From: an uncultured Clostridium sp.
GTDB taxonomy: Bacteria > Bacillota > Clostridia > TANB77 > CAG-508
NCBI GenBank assembly: GCA_946639585.1
Contig: CAMPBS010000001.1
Span: 8,210 to 72,209, forward strand
DNA: 64,000 bases
Reading direction: 5' to 3'
Shown here one piece after another: positions 8,650 through 18,300 of the stretch (position 1 is its first letter; every line of letters begins with the position of its first letter). The notes under the pieces are model-generated. The model ran no database searches, had not been told where the DNA came from, and was given only the letters and a program-made list of their open reading frames with translations. The position numbers and the translations under genes are program-made.

Positions 8650-10011
8650 ATGGCTAAAGCTAAAACAGTTTTTGTATGTAATGAGTGTGGAAACGAATCT
8701 TCTAAATGGCTTGGAAAATGCCCAGCTTGCGGGAGTTGGAATACTTTTTTTGAGCAAAAAATTGTAGAAACAAAAAACACAAGTATAAAAAAGGATAAAA
8801 CAACTAATATACCTCAAAAATTAAATGATTATACTGCAAAAGATACTATAAGAATTCCAACAGGATTTGGAGAACTAGATAGAGTGCTAGGTGGAGGCTT
8901 GGTTAAAGGCTCTTTAACATTACTTGGTGGCGAACCAGGTATTGGGAAGTCAACTTTAATTTTACAATTATGTGATAAAGTAAAAGGCGAAGGGAAGGTT
9001 TTATATGTATCTGGAGAAGAGTCTGCAGAGCAAATAAAATTGAGAGCTGATAGACTTGGTATAAATAATGAAGATATTTTATTTTTAGGCGAAACAGATA
9101 TAGATATTGTAAATCAGGCAATAATAGATATAAATCCAAAACTAGTAATAATAGACTCTATTCAAACTATGTATTCTGAAGAAATAACTGCTGCTCCAGG
9201 TAGTGTAAGTCAAGTAAGAGAAATTACAGCACAAGTTATGAGAATATGTAAACAAAATGCAATTACAACAATTATAATTGGACACGTTACAAAAGATGGA
9301 AACATTGCAGGACCAAGGGTTTTAGAACATATGGTAGATACAGTTTTGTATATTGAAGGAGAAAGATATTTTTCATATAGGATTTTAAGAGGAGTTAAAA
9401 ATAGATTTGGTTCTACAAATGAAATTGGAATGTTTGAGATGAAGGAAGAAGGAATGTGCGAAATTTTAAATCCGTCAGATATTTTAATTTCTGAAAATGA
9501 CGAAAATCCTTCTGGTTCATGCATTATTTGCTGTATGGAAGGAACTCGCCCAATGCTAATAGAAATTCAAAGTTTAACAACACAAAGTGTTTTTGGATTT
9601 CCAAAAAGAACTGCAAATGGTGTGGATTATAATAGATTAGCACTTTTAATTGCAGTATTAGAGAAAAAAGCAGGGTTAAATTTTGGTAGCCAAGATGTAT
9701 ATTTAAATATTGTTGGTGGATTGAAAATAAATGAACCATCAATAGATTTAGGAATTATACTTAGTGCAACATCATCTTTTAAAAATTCACCAATTCCAAA
9801 AGACATGGTAGTAATGGGGGAAGTTGGTTTAACAGGCGAAGTAAGAAGAATAAATTATATTGAAAAAAGACTTAGAGAAGCAGAAAAATTAGGATTCAAA
9901 ACATGCATAATTCCAGAAAGTAACAAAAAGGTCTTGAAAGATAAATTTAAATTAGATATAATTGGCGTCAGAGATGTTAATGAAGCAATGAGAAAGGCTG
10001 GTTTAAAATAA
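8650..10011 (+). CDS. radA: DNA repair protein RadA/Sms
   Basis: Zn-finger CNECGNESSKWLGKCPACGSW, Walker A GGEPGIGKST, KNRFG motif and a Lon-like C-terminal domain. Start at ATG 8650. Confidence 0.9.
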   Translation: MAKAKTVFVCNECGNESSKWLGKCPACGSWNTFFEQKIVETKNTSIKKDKTTNIPQKLNDYTAKDTIRIPTGFGELDRVLGGGLVKGSLTLLGGEPGIGKSTLILQLCDKVKGEGKVLYVSGEESAEQIKLRADRLGINNEDILFLGETDIDIVNQAIIDINPKLVIIDSIQTMYSEEITAAPGSVSQVREITAQVMRICKQNAITTIIIGHVTKDGNIAGPRVLEHMVDTVLYIEGERYFSYRILRGVKNRFGSTNEIGMFEMKEEGMCEILNPSDILISENDENPSGSCIICCMEGTRPMLIEIQSLTTQSVFGFPKRTANGVDYNRLALLIAVLEKKAGLNFGSQDVYLNIVGGLKINEPSIDLGIILSATSSFKNSPIPKDMVVMGEVGLTGEVRRINYIEKRLREAEKLGFKTCIIPESNKKVLKDKFKLDIIGVRDVNEAMRKAGLK

Positions 10012-11093
10012 TGAGAAGAAAAAAAGACAATGAAATATCACAAATTTTAAAGTTAATTGCACCAGGCACGCCAATAAGGGATGGCTTAGAAAATATCTTA
10101 AGAGCAAAAACAGGAGCATTACTTTTAATTACAGATAATAACGATGTTTTAAAAGAAATTGTAGATGGGGGATTTACAATAAATGAAGAATATTCTTCAT
10201 CTAAATTGTATGAACTTGCAAAAATGGATGGGGCAATTGTTTTAAGCGGGGATTTCAAAAAAATACTTTTTGCAAATGCACAGCTAATTCCATCACACAA
10301 TATTCAAACCTTAGAAACGGGAACAAGACATAGAACAGCTGAAAGAACCGCAAAACAAACAGGAGAGTTAGTAATAAGCATTTCTCAAAGAAGAAATATA
10401 ATTACAATATTTAAAGGAAATGAAAGATACATTTTAGAAAATACAAATACAGTATTAAATAAAGCAAATCAAGCAATTCAGACATTAGAAAGATATAAAA
10501 AAGTTTTTGATAGTAAACTTAATACCTTAAATGAATATGAATTTAATGATATTGTAACACTTCAAAATGTAATTGTTGCAATTCAAAGAGCTGAAATGGT
10601 TATGAGAATAGCAGAAGAAATTGAAGACAACATTTCAGAACTTGGAAGCGATGGAAGACTTGCTAGAATGCAACTTGAAGAACTACTTGGAGATATTGAA
10701 ACAGAAGAACTTTTAATAATAAAAGACTACATGATTAAAAAAAGAAAAAAATCTCAAATAGAAGATATTTTGCAACAATTATCAGTACTTTCTTATGAAG
10801 AATTAAACAATGAAAATTCAATTGCTAAAATATTAGGATATGAAATGTTTGAAAACTTTGACGAAGTTGGAGTATATACAAAAGGTTATAGAATTTTAAA
10901 TAAAATTCCTCGAATGCCTAGTACAATTGTTGAAAACCTAATTTCATCTTTTAAATCATTCCAACATATTTTGGCAGCAGATATTGAGCATTTAGATGAG
11001 GTTGAAGGGATTGGAGAAGTTAGAGCTCGTACAATAAAGCAAGCTTTAAATAGAATGCAAGAACAATTTGTATTTGACAATTTATTAATTTAG
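10011..11093 (+). CDS. disA: DNA integrity scanning protein DisA (diadenylate cyclase)
   Basis: 360 aa with a DAC-domain N-terminus (GALLLITDN...DGAIVLS...GTRHRTAER) and a C-terminal HhH (GIGEVRARTIKQAL). Its start overlaps the radA stop, as in the radA-disA operon. Confidence 0.9.
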   Translation: MRRKKDNEISQILKLIAPGTPIRDGLENILRAKTGALLLITDNNDVLKEIVDGGFTINEEYSSSKLYELAKMDGAIVLSGDFKKILFANAQLIPSHNIQTLETGTRHRTAERTAKQTGELVISISQRRNIITIFKGNERYILENTNTVLNKANQAIQTLERYKKVFDSKLNTLNEYEFNDIVTLQNVIVAIQRAEMVMRIAEEIEDNISELGSDGRLARMQLEELLGDIETEELLIIKDYMIKKRKKSQIEDILQQLSVLSYEELNNENSIAKILGYEMFENFDEVGVYTKGYRILNKIPRMPSTIVENLISSFKSFQHILAADIEHLDEVEGIGEVRARTIKQALNRMQEQFVFDNLLI

Positions 11094-11153
11094 TAATACA
11101 ATGCCTTTATAATAAAATATAAATAGATTATATATAAAAGGAGAATTAAAAAA

Positions 11154-11924
11154 ATGAGTAAATCAAGTAAAATAATATGGACAATAGCATTAGTAATAGT
11201 AGTAGTTTTAATAGGAATGGTAGCATTTGGCTATATACAAAAATTAAAAGATCAAAATCCGGTAGCCACAATGGAAGTTGAAAATTTTGGAACAGTAAAA
11301 ATTGAATTATATCCAGATATTGCACCACAAGCAGTATCAAACTTTATAACACTTGCAAATAGAGGCTTTTATGATGGATTAACATTCCATAGAGTAGTAA
11401 AAGACTTTATGATTCAAGGTGGAGATCAAGCAGGAGATGGAACAGGTTCTGCAAAATTAAGTAACCTAAGAGATCTAAAAGAAGGTGAAGAAGATCAAGA
11501 CTATACAATTAAAGGCGAATTTCTATTAAACAAAGTAGATAATAAGCTTAAGATGACAGAGGGAGTTCTTGCAATGGCAAGATCAAATTCTTATGATTCA
11601 GCCTCTTCACAATTCTTTATCGTAACAAAAGATACACCAGCAATAGATGGTCAATATGCTGGATTTGGTAAAGTAATAGAAGGAATGGATGTAGTTCATA
11701 AAATAGAGGAAGTAGAAACTAAAGTTGCTGAAGGTTCAGAAAATAGCCCAAATGCTGAAAAAAGTACACCGGTTGAAACTGTAAAAATTAAGTCTATAAA
11801 AGTAGAAACAAATGGAAATGATTATGGAATGCCAAATACAATTGCACCACAAACTGCTTCTGATTATTCTTCATTATATGAACAAATGGGAATTGATCCA
11901 AGCACAATAGTAACAGAAGAATAG
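11154..11924 (+). CDS. membrane-anchored cyclophilin-type peptidyl-prolyl cis-trans isomerase
   Basis: N-terminal TM helix followed by FHRVVKDFMIQGGD...SSQFFIV motifs. Confidence 0.8.
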   Translation: MSKSSKIIWTIALVIVVVLIGMVAFGYIQKLKDQNPVATMEVENFGTVKIELYPDIAPQAVSNFITLANRGFYDGLTFHRVVKDFMIQGGDQAGDGTGSAKLSNLRDLKEGEEDQDYTIKGEFLLNKVDNKLKMTEGVLAMARSNSYDSASSQFFIVTKDTPAIDGQYAGFGKVIEGMDVVHKIEEVETKVAEGSENSPNAEKSTPVETVKIKSIKVETNGNDYGMPNTIAPQTASDYSSLYEQMGIDPSTIVTEE

Positions 11925-12014
11925 AAAATAGAACTTTAAAGTTCTATTTTTTATGCTCCTAAATATAAATTGAATAGTAAAATACATAAATTTATATTAG
12001 GAGGAAAAATTATA

Positions 12015-12389
12015 ATGGAAACCAAAAACAAATCATTTTGCAATATAATGAAAAGTGTTGGAATTTCACTACTTTCAACAATAGTCTTTTTATTGATTTT
12101 TTCTGCAATGCTAGCATATACAAATATTTCAGAACAAGTAATAAAGACAGTAGTAATAGTAGTTCTAGCTATTAGTATATTAATAGGAAGTTCAATAGGA
12201 AATAACAAAATTAAGAAAAATGGACTGATAAATGGAGCTTTTATTGGTTTTGCATATATGATAATTATTCATTTGGTTTCAAGTATATTAAATTCAGATT
12301 TTGGATTAAGCCTTTATTCTGTGATATTTATTATTTCAGGGGTGGTATTTGGGATTGTAGGAGGTATAATTGGAATAAATAAAAAGTAA
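12015..12389 (+). CDS. small integral membrane protein (about 4 TM helices)
   Basis: AGGAGG lies upstream of ATG 12015. The profile is hydrophobic and the family is uncertain. Confidence 0.45.
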   Translation: METKNKSFCNIMKSVGISLLSTIVFLLIFSAMLAYTNISEQVIKTVVIVVLAISILIGSSIGNNKIKKNGLINGAFIGFAYMIIIHLVSSILNSDFGLSLYSVIFIISGVVFGIVGGIIGINKK

Positions 12390-12466
12390 ATAATTTTTTG
12401 AAAAAATAGTTGATATTTTTTTACATTTAATATAAAATCATAAATGACCAAAAAAGGAGGAAACAT

Positions 12467-13127
12467 ATGATAAGTTTACAAGATGTAATTAATAACTCAG
12501 AAGTTGATGCCTTAATCCGTGGAGCCCAAAAACAATTAAATGGATTACGGATATACAGAACATAGTTACAGGCATATTTCTATTGTTTCAAAAAGAGCGG
12601 GAGATATTCTAGAACAATTAGGATATCCAGAAAGAACTGTAGAATTAGCAAAAATTGCTGGTTATTTACATGATATTGGAAATGTTGTAAATAGAGTAGA
12701 TCATGCACATAGTGGAGCGATATTAAGTTACAATATTTTAAAAGAAATGGGAATGCCATTAGATGAATGTACTCAAATAATGATGGCAATAGGAAATCAT
12801 GATGAAAACACTGGAACAGCAATAAGTGAGATATCTGCAGCTCTGATTTTGGCTGATAAATCAGATGTACACAGAGATAGAGTTATAAATAAAAATATTT
12901 CCACATTTGATATTCACGATAGAGTTAATTATGCCGTTACAAATGCAGAACTTAAATTAGATGTAGAAAATAGAAAAATACTTTTAGATTTGACTATTGA
13001 TAATAACATTTGTCCTGTTCTTGATTATTTCGAAATTTTCATGGCAAGAACAATGATGAGCAAATATGCTGCAAAATTTTTAAAAATTTGGTTTGAATTA
13101 AAAATAAATGATACAAAATTATTATAA
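12467..13127 (+). CDS. HD-domain phosphohydrolase. The first 27 codons are in a different frame from the body, joined by a +1 shift at CGG-A.
   Basis: The body (track ORF 12540..13127) has GYLHDIGN...NHD HD-domain motifs. ATG 12467 (AAGGAGG upstream) encodes MISLQDVINNSEVDALIRGAQKQLNGL then CGG. Skipping C12548 gives ...NGL GYTEHSYRHISIVS. Confidence 0.7.
12548..12551 (+). other. candidate +1 recoding site CGG-A (HD-domain gene)
   Basis: GGA TTA CGG ATA TAC AGA ACA TAG in the 0 frame. The +1 frame is closed upstream by TAA 12537..12539, so the shift must occur within 12540..12565. Confidence 0.6.
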
Positions 13128-13166
13128 ATAGATATAAATAATTTATAGAAAAAGGGAGTAGAAAAA

Positions 13167-14600
13167 ATGAAAGCAAATAAATTAAAATTAATTACAATAA
13201 TGCTATTAGTAATATTAATAATAATGGTAGGATTTTTCGGAGTTTATTCAAGAGAAAATGGACGTATGAAAAATACTTTAAAAGATTATAAATACGCTAT
13301 GGATATAGAAGGCGTAAAAGTAGCTACAATTGAATTAGATACAGGAACAAAGGAAATAATAAAAGATAAAGATGGAAACATAGTTAATGGAGCAACAGAT
13401 GAAGAAATAGAAAAAAATGGTTATACAAGAATAGAAGAACCTGTTAACAAAGAAGAAAACAAAACACAAGATAATTACAATCTAACAAAAGAAGTAATCA
13501 AAAATAGATTTGATAAACTTGGTGTTACAGGATATGTAATAAGATTGGATGAAGAATCTGGAAAGATTGTTTTAGAACTTCCAGATAATGATAATTTAAA
13601 TAATATCTTAGAAATAGTAACAACAGTTGGAAAATTTGAAATTGTTGATGCAGACACAAAAGAAGTTTTAATAAACAATGATGATATAAGTACAAGTAAT
13701 GTATATAGAAATACAACAGCTTATGGAACAGAAATGTCTTTCTCAATAGAATTCAATGGAGAAGGAGCAAAGAAATTTGAAGATATAACTAAAAAATATG
13801 TAACAGTTAACAAAGAAGAAAACAAAACAGCTGAAAATAATGAAAATAGTTCAACTGAAACAACAGAAAATAATGAAGAACAAAAAACAGAGGAAAAAGA
13901 GAAAAAAGTTGCTTTAAAATTAGATGATATAGAATTAATGTCTACAAGTTTTGAGAAACCAGTAACAGATGGAAAAATGTATTTAACTGTTGGACAAACT
14001 GCAACAACATCAGAACAACTAAAAAACAATTATGCACAAGCTCAAAAAATGGCAGCATTATTATCAACAAAAGCTATGCCATTATCATATAACCCAAATA
14101 ACAATACATTTGTACAAAGTGAATTAAAAGAAAATACTACAAAAACAATGATGATAGGAATAGCAATAGTAATAGCAATAGTAGCAGTATTCTTATTTAT
14201 AAAATACAAAACAAAAGGAATAATTACAGCAATATGTTTTGCAGGGTTTGCAGCTATTTTATTACTAACAGTAAGATATTGGAATGTAGAATTATCTGGG
14301 GAAAGTATTGTTGCAATATTTGAAATATTAGTTTTAAATTTTGTATTAGTAAATAAAATTCTAAATAATTTAAATAAAGAAAAAGACAATAAAAAAGCAG
14401 AAGCAAAACATGTTATAAATATGGCAATAAAAGACTTTACATTTAAAATAATACCATTATTTATAATAGCAGTTGTATTTGTATTTGCAACATGGACTTC
14501 AACGAGCAGCTTTGGAATGGGGCTATTCTGGGGATTAACATTAATAGAATTATATAATTTATTTATAACAAAATACGTATTGAAATATTTAAATAAATAA
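13167..14600 (+). CDS. divergent SecD-like membrane protein
   Basis: 477 aa with one N-terminal TM helix, a large periplasmic-type domain and five C-terminal TM helices. The segment NRFDKLGVTGYVIRLDEESGKIVLELPD...VGKFEIVD resembles the SecD P1 head. There is an acidic insert, and canonical SecD motifs are weak. Confidence 0.45.
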   Translation: MKANKLKLITIMLLVILIIMVGFFGVYSRENGRMKNTLKDYKYAMDIEGVKVATIELDTGTKEIIKDKDGNIVNGATDEEIEKNGYTRIEEPVNKEENKTQDNYNLTKEVIKNRFDKLGVTGYVIRLDEESGKIVLELPDNDNLNNILEIVTTVGKFEIVDADTKEVLINNDDISTSNVYRNTTAYGTEMSFSIEFNGEGAKKFEDITKKYVTVNKEENKTAENNENSSTETTENNEEQKTEEKEKKVALKLDDIELMSTSFEKPVTDGKMYLTVGQTATTSEQLKNNYAQAQKMAALLSTKAMPLSYNPNNNTFVQSELKENTTKTMMIGIAIVIAIVAVFLFIKYKTKGIITAICFAGFAAILLLTVRYWNVELSGESIVAIFEILVLNFVLVNKILNNLNKEKDNKKAEAKHVINMAIKDFTFKIIPLFIIAVVFVFATWTSTSSFGMGLFWGLTLIELYNLFITKYVLKYLNK

Positions 14601-14613
14601 TTAGGAGGAAAAC

Positions 14614-15267
14614 ATGAAAAAATCAATAACACTAATACTAATCGTTACAATAATTGCTGGATTAATAGTAATTTTCACAACTGGTTTTAATGTAAATATA
14701 GCAACAAAAGCAAGTGAACAAATAAACATAAATATTGGAGAAAAATTTGAAAATAAAGATATAAAACAAATAGCAAAAGAAGTACTAGGAAAAGAAGTAG
14801 AAGTACAAAAGGCGGGAGATTTTGAAGATCAAGCTGTAATATCAGCAGACCAAATTACTCAAGAACAAGTTATAGAAATAATAAATAAAATCAATGAAAA
14901 ATATGGTAAAGAAGTATCTACAGATGGAGTAAAAGTAACCAATATTCCAGCAACAAGATTATCTGATTTATTAATGCCATGTGTAGCAAGCTTTATATTA
15001 GTTACAGTATTAATATTAATATATTTTGCAATAAGATATAGAAAACAAGATATAAAAAAGGTAATAGGAATAACTCTAATATCATTAGCAATATTAGAAA
15101 TATTAGTATTAAGTATCATTGCACTACTTCGAATTCCAGTAGGACAAAACCTAGTTTCTATATCATTTACAACATATTGTGTAGGAATGTTTGGGGTTAC
15201 AACAATGTTTGAAAATAAAGCACAACAATTAAAAATGGAAGAAGAAAATAAGAAGAAGAAAAAATAA
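14614..15267 (+). CDS. short SecF-like membrane protein
   Basis: 217 aa, translationally coupled to the SecD-like gene. It has an N-terminal TM helix, a small extracytoplasmic domain and about 3 more TM helices, so it is shorter than canonical SecF. Confidence 0.4.
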   Translation: MKKSITLILIVTIIAGLIVIFTTGFNVNIATKASEQININIGEKFENKDIKQIAKEVLGKEVEVQKAGDFEDQAVISADQITQEQVIEIINKINEKYGKEVSTDGVKVTNIPATRLSDLLMPCVASFILVTVLILIYFAIRYRKQDIKKVIGITLISLAILEILVLSIIALLRIPVGQNLVSISFTTYCVGMFGVTTMFENKAQQLKMEEENKKKKK

Positions 15268-15298
15268 AAAAATTGCATTGAAAAATGCAATTTTTTTC
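15266..15298 (+). terminator. intrinsic terminator
   Basis: aaaaaattgcatt-gaaa-aatgcaattttttt. Confidence 0.7.
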
Positions 15299-15364
15299 AT
15301 TTGTTCGCTTTAATTTAAAAACAAAATATGATAGAATTCGACTGTATAAAAAGGAGCGGTAAAA

Positions 15365-18300
15365 TTGGCAGAAAAAAACAAGAAAATAGGAGAAATTTTT
15401 TCAGATTATAAAACCAATAGTAATATAAAATATGCTTATGTTCATGGCTTGCAAGTAAATAAAAAGACAAATACACTTGGGATTATACTTGGAATAGATG
15501 AGTATATAGAAGTAAAAGAAATATGGTTTCTAGAAAAATTTCTAATGGAACGTTTTAACTTTGGAAACATAGATACTAGAATAAAATATACAGACAACGT
15601 GGAAATAAAAAGCATTAAAGACGAATGGAAAAATGTAATTTGCTATATGGCACATAAATACCCACTAGCAAAACCAATGCTTCTTATGAATGCAGATATA
15701 GATGTTATAGATAATAAAATAAATGTAAAAATGCATATAAAAGGTGCGGATTTTCTAAGAGCCAAAAAGTCTGATAAAACTTTAGAAATGCTTATAAAAA
15801 ACATAATGGGAAAAGAATACAAAATAGAAATCACTGAAGAGCTCAATCAAGAGGCAATAAGAAAGTTGGAAGAACAAGCAAGAAAAGCAGAGAATAATGT
15901 AGTTAGCAAAGTTTTAGAAAGTTTAGAAAATGCAAAAAGAGAGCAAGAAGCAAGCAAAGAAATGGCTTTTGAAAATGCTGCTGCAAACGGAGCAGATCCG
16001 AATTATATGCCTCCATCTGACAGTGATATGCCATATATGGAAGGTGAGGGAATGCCAGAAGATTATATGCCACCAGAACTTCAAGAATATGAGCATGAGC
16101 AAACCTTAATTTTAGGGAAAGCAACAAAGGCAAAAGAAAATAAAGTAAAAATCAAAGAAATAACTCCAAGTGATGCTAGGATTACATTAGAAGGTAGAGT
16201 AAGCAATGTAGAAAAAAGACTTACAAAATCTGAAAAAGTTTTATTGATTTTTGAATTATTTGATGGTTCGGGAACAATAACTTGTAAATCATTTACAATT
16301 CCAGATGAGGCAGAGGGTGTAATTGCAAAATTGGAAGAAGCAAATACTGTAAAACTAATTGGAAAAGCGAATTTGGACGCTTATGCAGGAGATGTAACAG
16401 TAATAGCAAATACAATCTTCCAAACAAATAATGATACGATTCCTAAAAAAGAAGATGTTGAAGAAGAGGAAACACCACTTATTTTAGGATTTAATCAAAA
16501 TGTTGGAGAAAAAATAACAAAAATAACAGATTTGGGACCAGAAGACGGAAAAGTTGTGCTTCAGGGAGAGGTACTAAATATGGAACCAAGAGAATTAAAG
16601 TCAGGGAAAACTTTATTAAGTTTTGATTTGTATGATGGAACAAGTACATTGACATGTAAAGCATTTTTAACTAAAGATCAAGCTAAAAAAGTTCCAAAAA
16701 GATTAAAGAAAGCAAAAGGAATAAAAATAGAAGGAAATGCTGGAATGGACAACTTTTCTGGTGAACTTTCAGTTATGGCAAACACAATAATAGAAACAGA
16801 AGGCTTAAAAAAAGAAATAAGAATGGACAACGCTCCAGTAAAAAGAGTTGAACTACACATGCATACCAAAATGAGCCAAATGGATGCAATGACATCAGCA
16901 CAAGATTTAATAAAAAGAGCTATGAAATGGGGAATGAAATCAATTGCGATAACAGACCATGGTGTTGTTCAAAGTTTTCCAGAAGCACATAAATTATTAG
17001 GTGTGGACAATCCTGACATGAAAGTAATATATGGAGTTGAAGCATATTTAGCGCCAGATAATACTCAAAATGTTTATAATTCAAAAGGTCAGGGAATAGA
17101 CACTACATATTGTGTACTTGACTTAGAAACAACCGGATTTTCTGCCAAAACAGAAAAAATTACAGAAGTTGGAATAATGAAAGTGCAAAATGGCGAGGTA
17201 ATCGACGAATTCAGCTGTTTTGTGAATCCAGAAAAGCATATACCTGAGAGAGTAACAGAAGTAACTCACATTACAGACGAAATGGTAAAAGATGCAGAAA
17301 CTATCGATAAGGTATTTCCAAAAATACTAGAATTTTTGGGAGATACTAAAAATACAGTAATTGTAGCACATAATGCAAACTTTGATGTCGGATTTTTAAA
17401 GCAAAATGCTATAAACTTAGGCTTGGATTTTGATTATACATATTTAGATACATTAAGTTTGGCAAAAGATTTATTCCCAGATTACAAAACATACAGACTT
17501 GGAAAAATTGCTGAAAGACTTGGAATAAAAGTTGAAGTGGCTCATAGAGCTTTAGATGATGTAGATACAACGGTAAAAGTATTTAATGTAATGATAGACA
17601 TGTTAAAAGAAAAAGGTGTAAAAACAGTAGATGATATAGATTTAATGGCTGCAGATGAAGAAACAAAAAAAGAAGAATACAAAAAATTAAAAACATATCA
17701 TGCAATAATTCTTGCCAAAGATTATGTAGGTTTAAGAAATCTTTATAGATTAGTTTCACTTTCACATTTACACTATTTTTATAGAAAGCCAAGAATTTTA
17801 AAAAGCTTATATAAAAAATATTCAGAAGGATTGATATTAGGTAGTGCGTGTGAAGCAGGAGAACTATACCAGGCAATAGAGCTAGGTAAAACGGATGACG
17901 AAATAGAAGAAATTGCAAATGACTACGATTACCTGGAAATTCAACCAATAGGAAATAACAATTTCTTAATAAGAAATGGAACAGTTCCAGATGAAGAAGC
18001 ATTAAGAGATATAAATAGAAAAATAGTAGAAATTGGAGATAAGCTTGGAAAGCCAGTTGTAGCAACTTGCGATGTTCACTTTATGGATCCGCAAGATGAG
18101 ATTTATAGAAGAATATTAGAAGCTGGTCAAAAATATGATGATGCAGATAATCAAGCGCCATTATATTTAAGAACAACAGAAGAAATGCTAGAAGAATTCA
18201 AATATTTAGGTGAAGAAAAAGCTTATGAAGTAGTTGTAACAAACACAAATAAAATAGCAGATATGATAGAACAAATAAGCCCAATATCACCAGAAAAATG

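Noticed and set aside
14042-14632. 196-aa antisense ORF, plus many other 60-160 aa minus-strand or off-frame ORFs in the track (for example 17583..18065, 55235..55606, 58117..58494, 14859..15290, 8059..8403, 26686..27012, 28193..28528)
   Set aside because: They lie entirely inside well-supported genes on the other strand or in another frame. Their compositions (L/F/I/Y-rich) are typical of antisense reading of AT-rich coding DNA, and they have no RBS.
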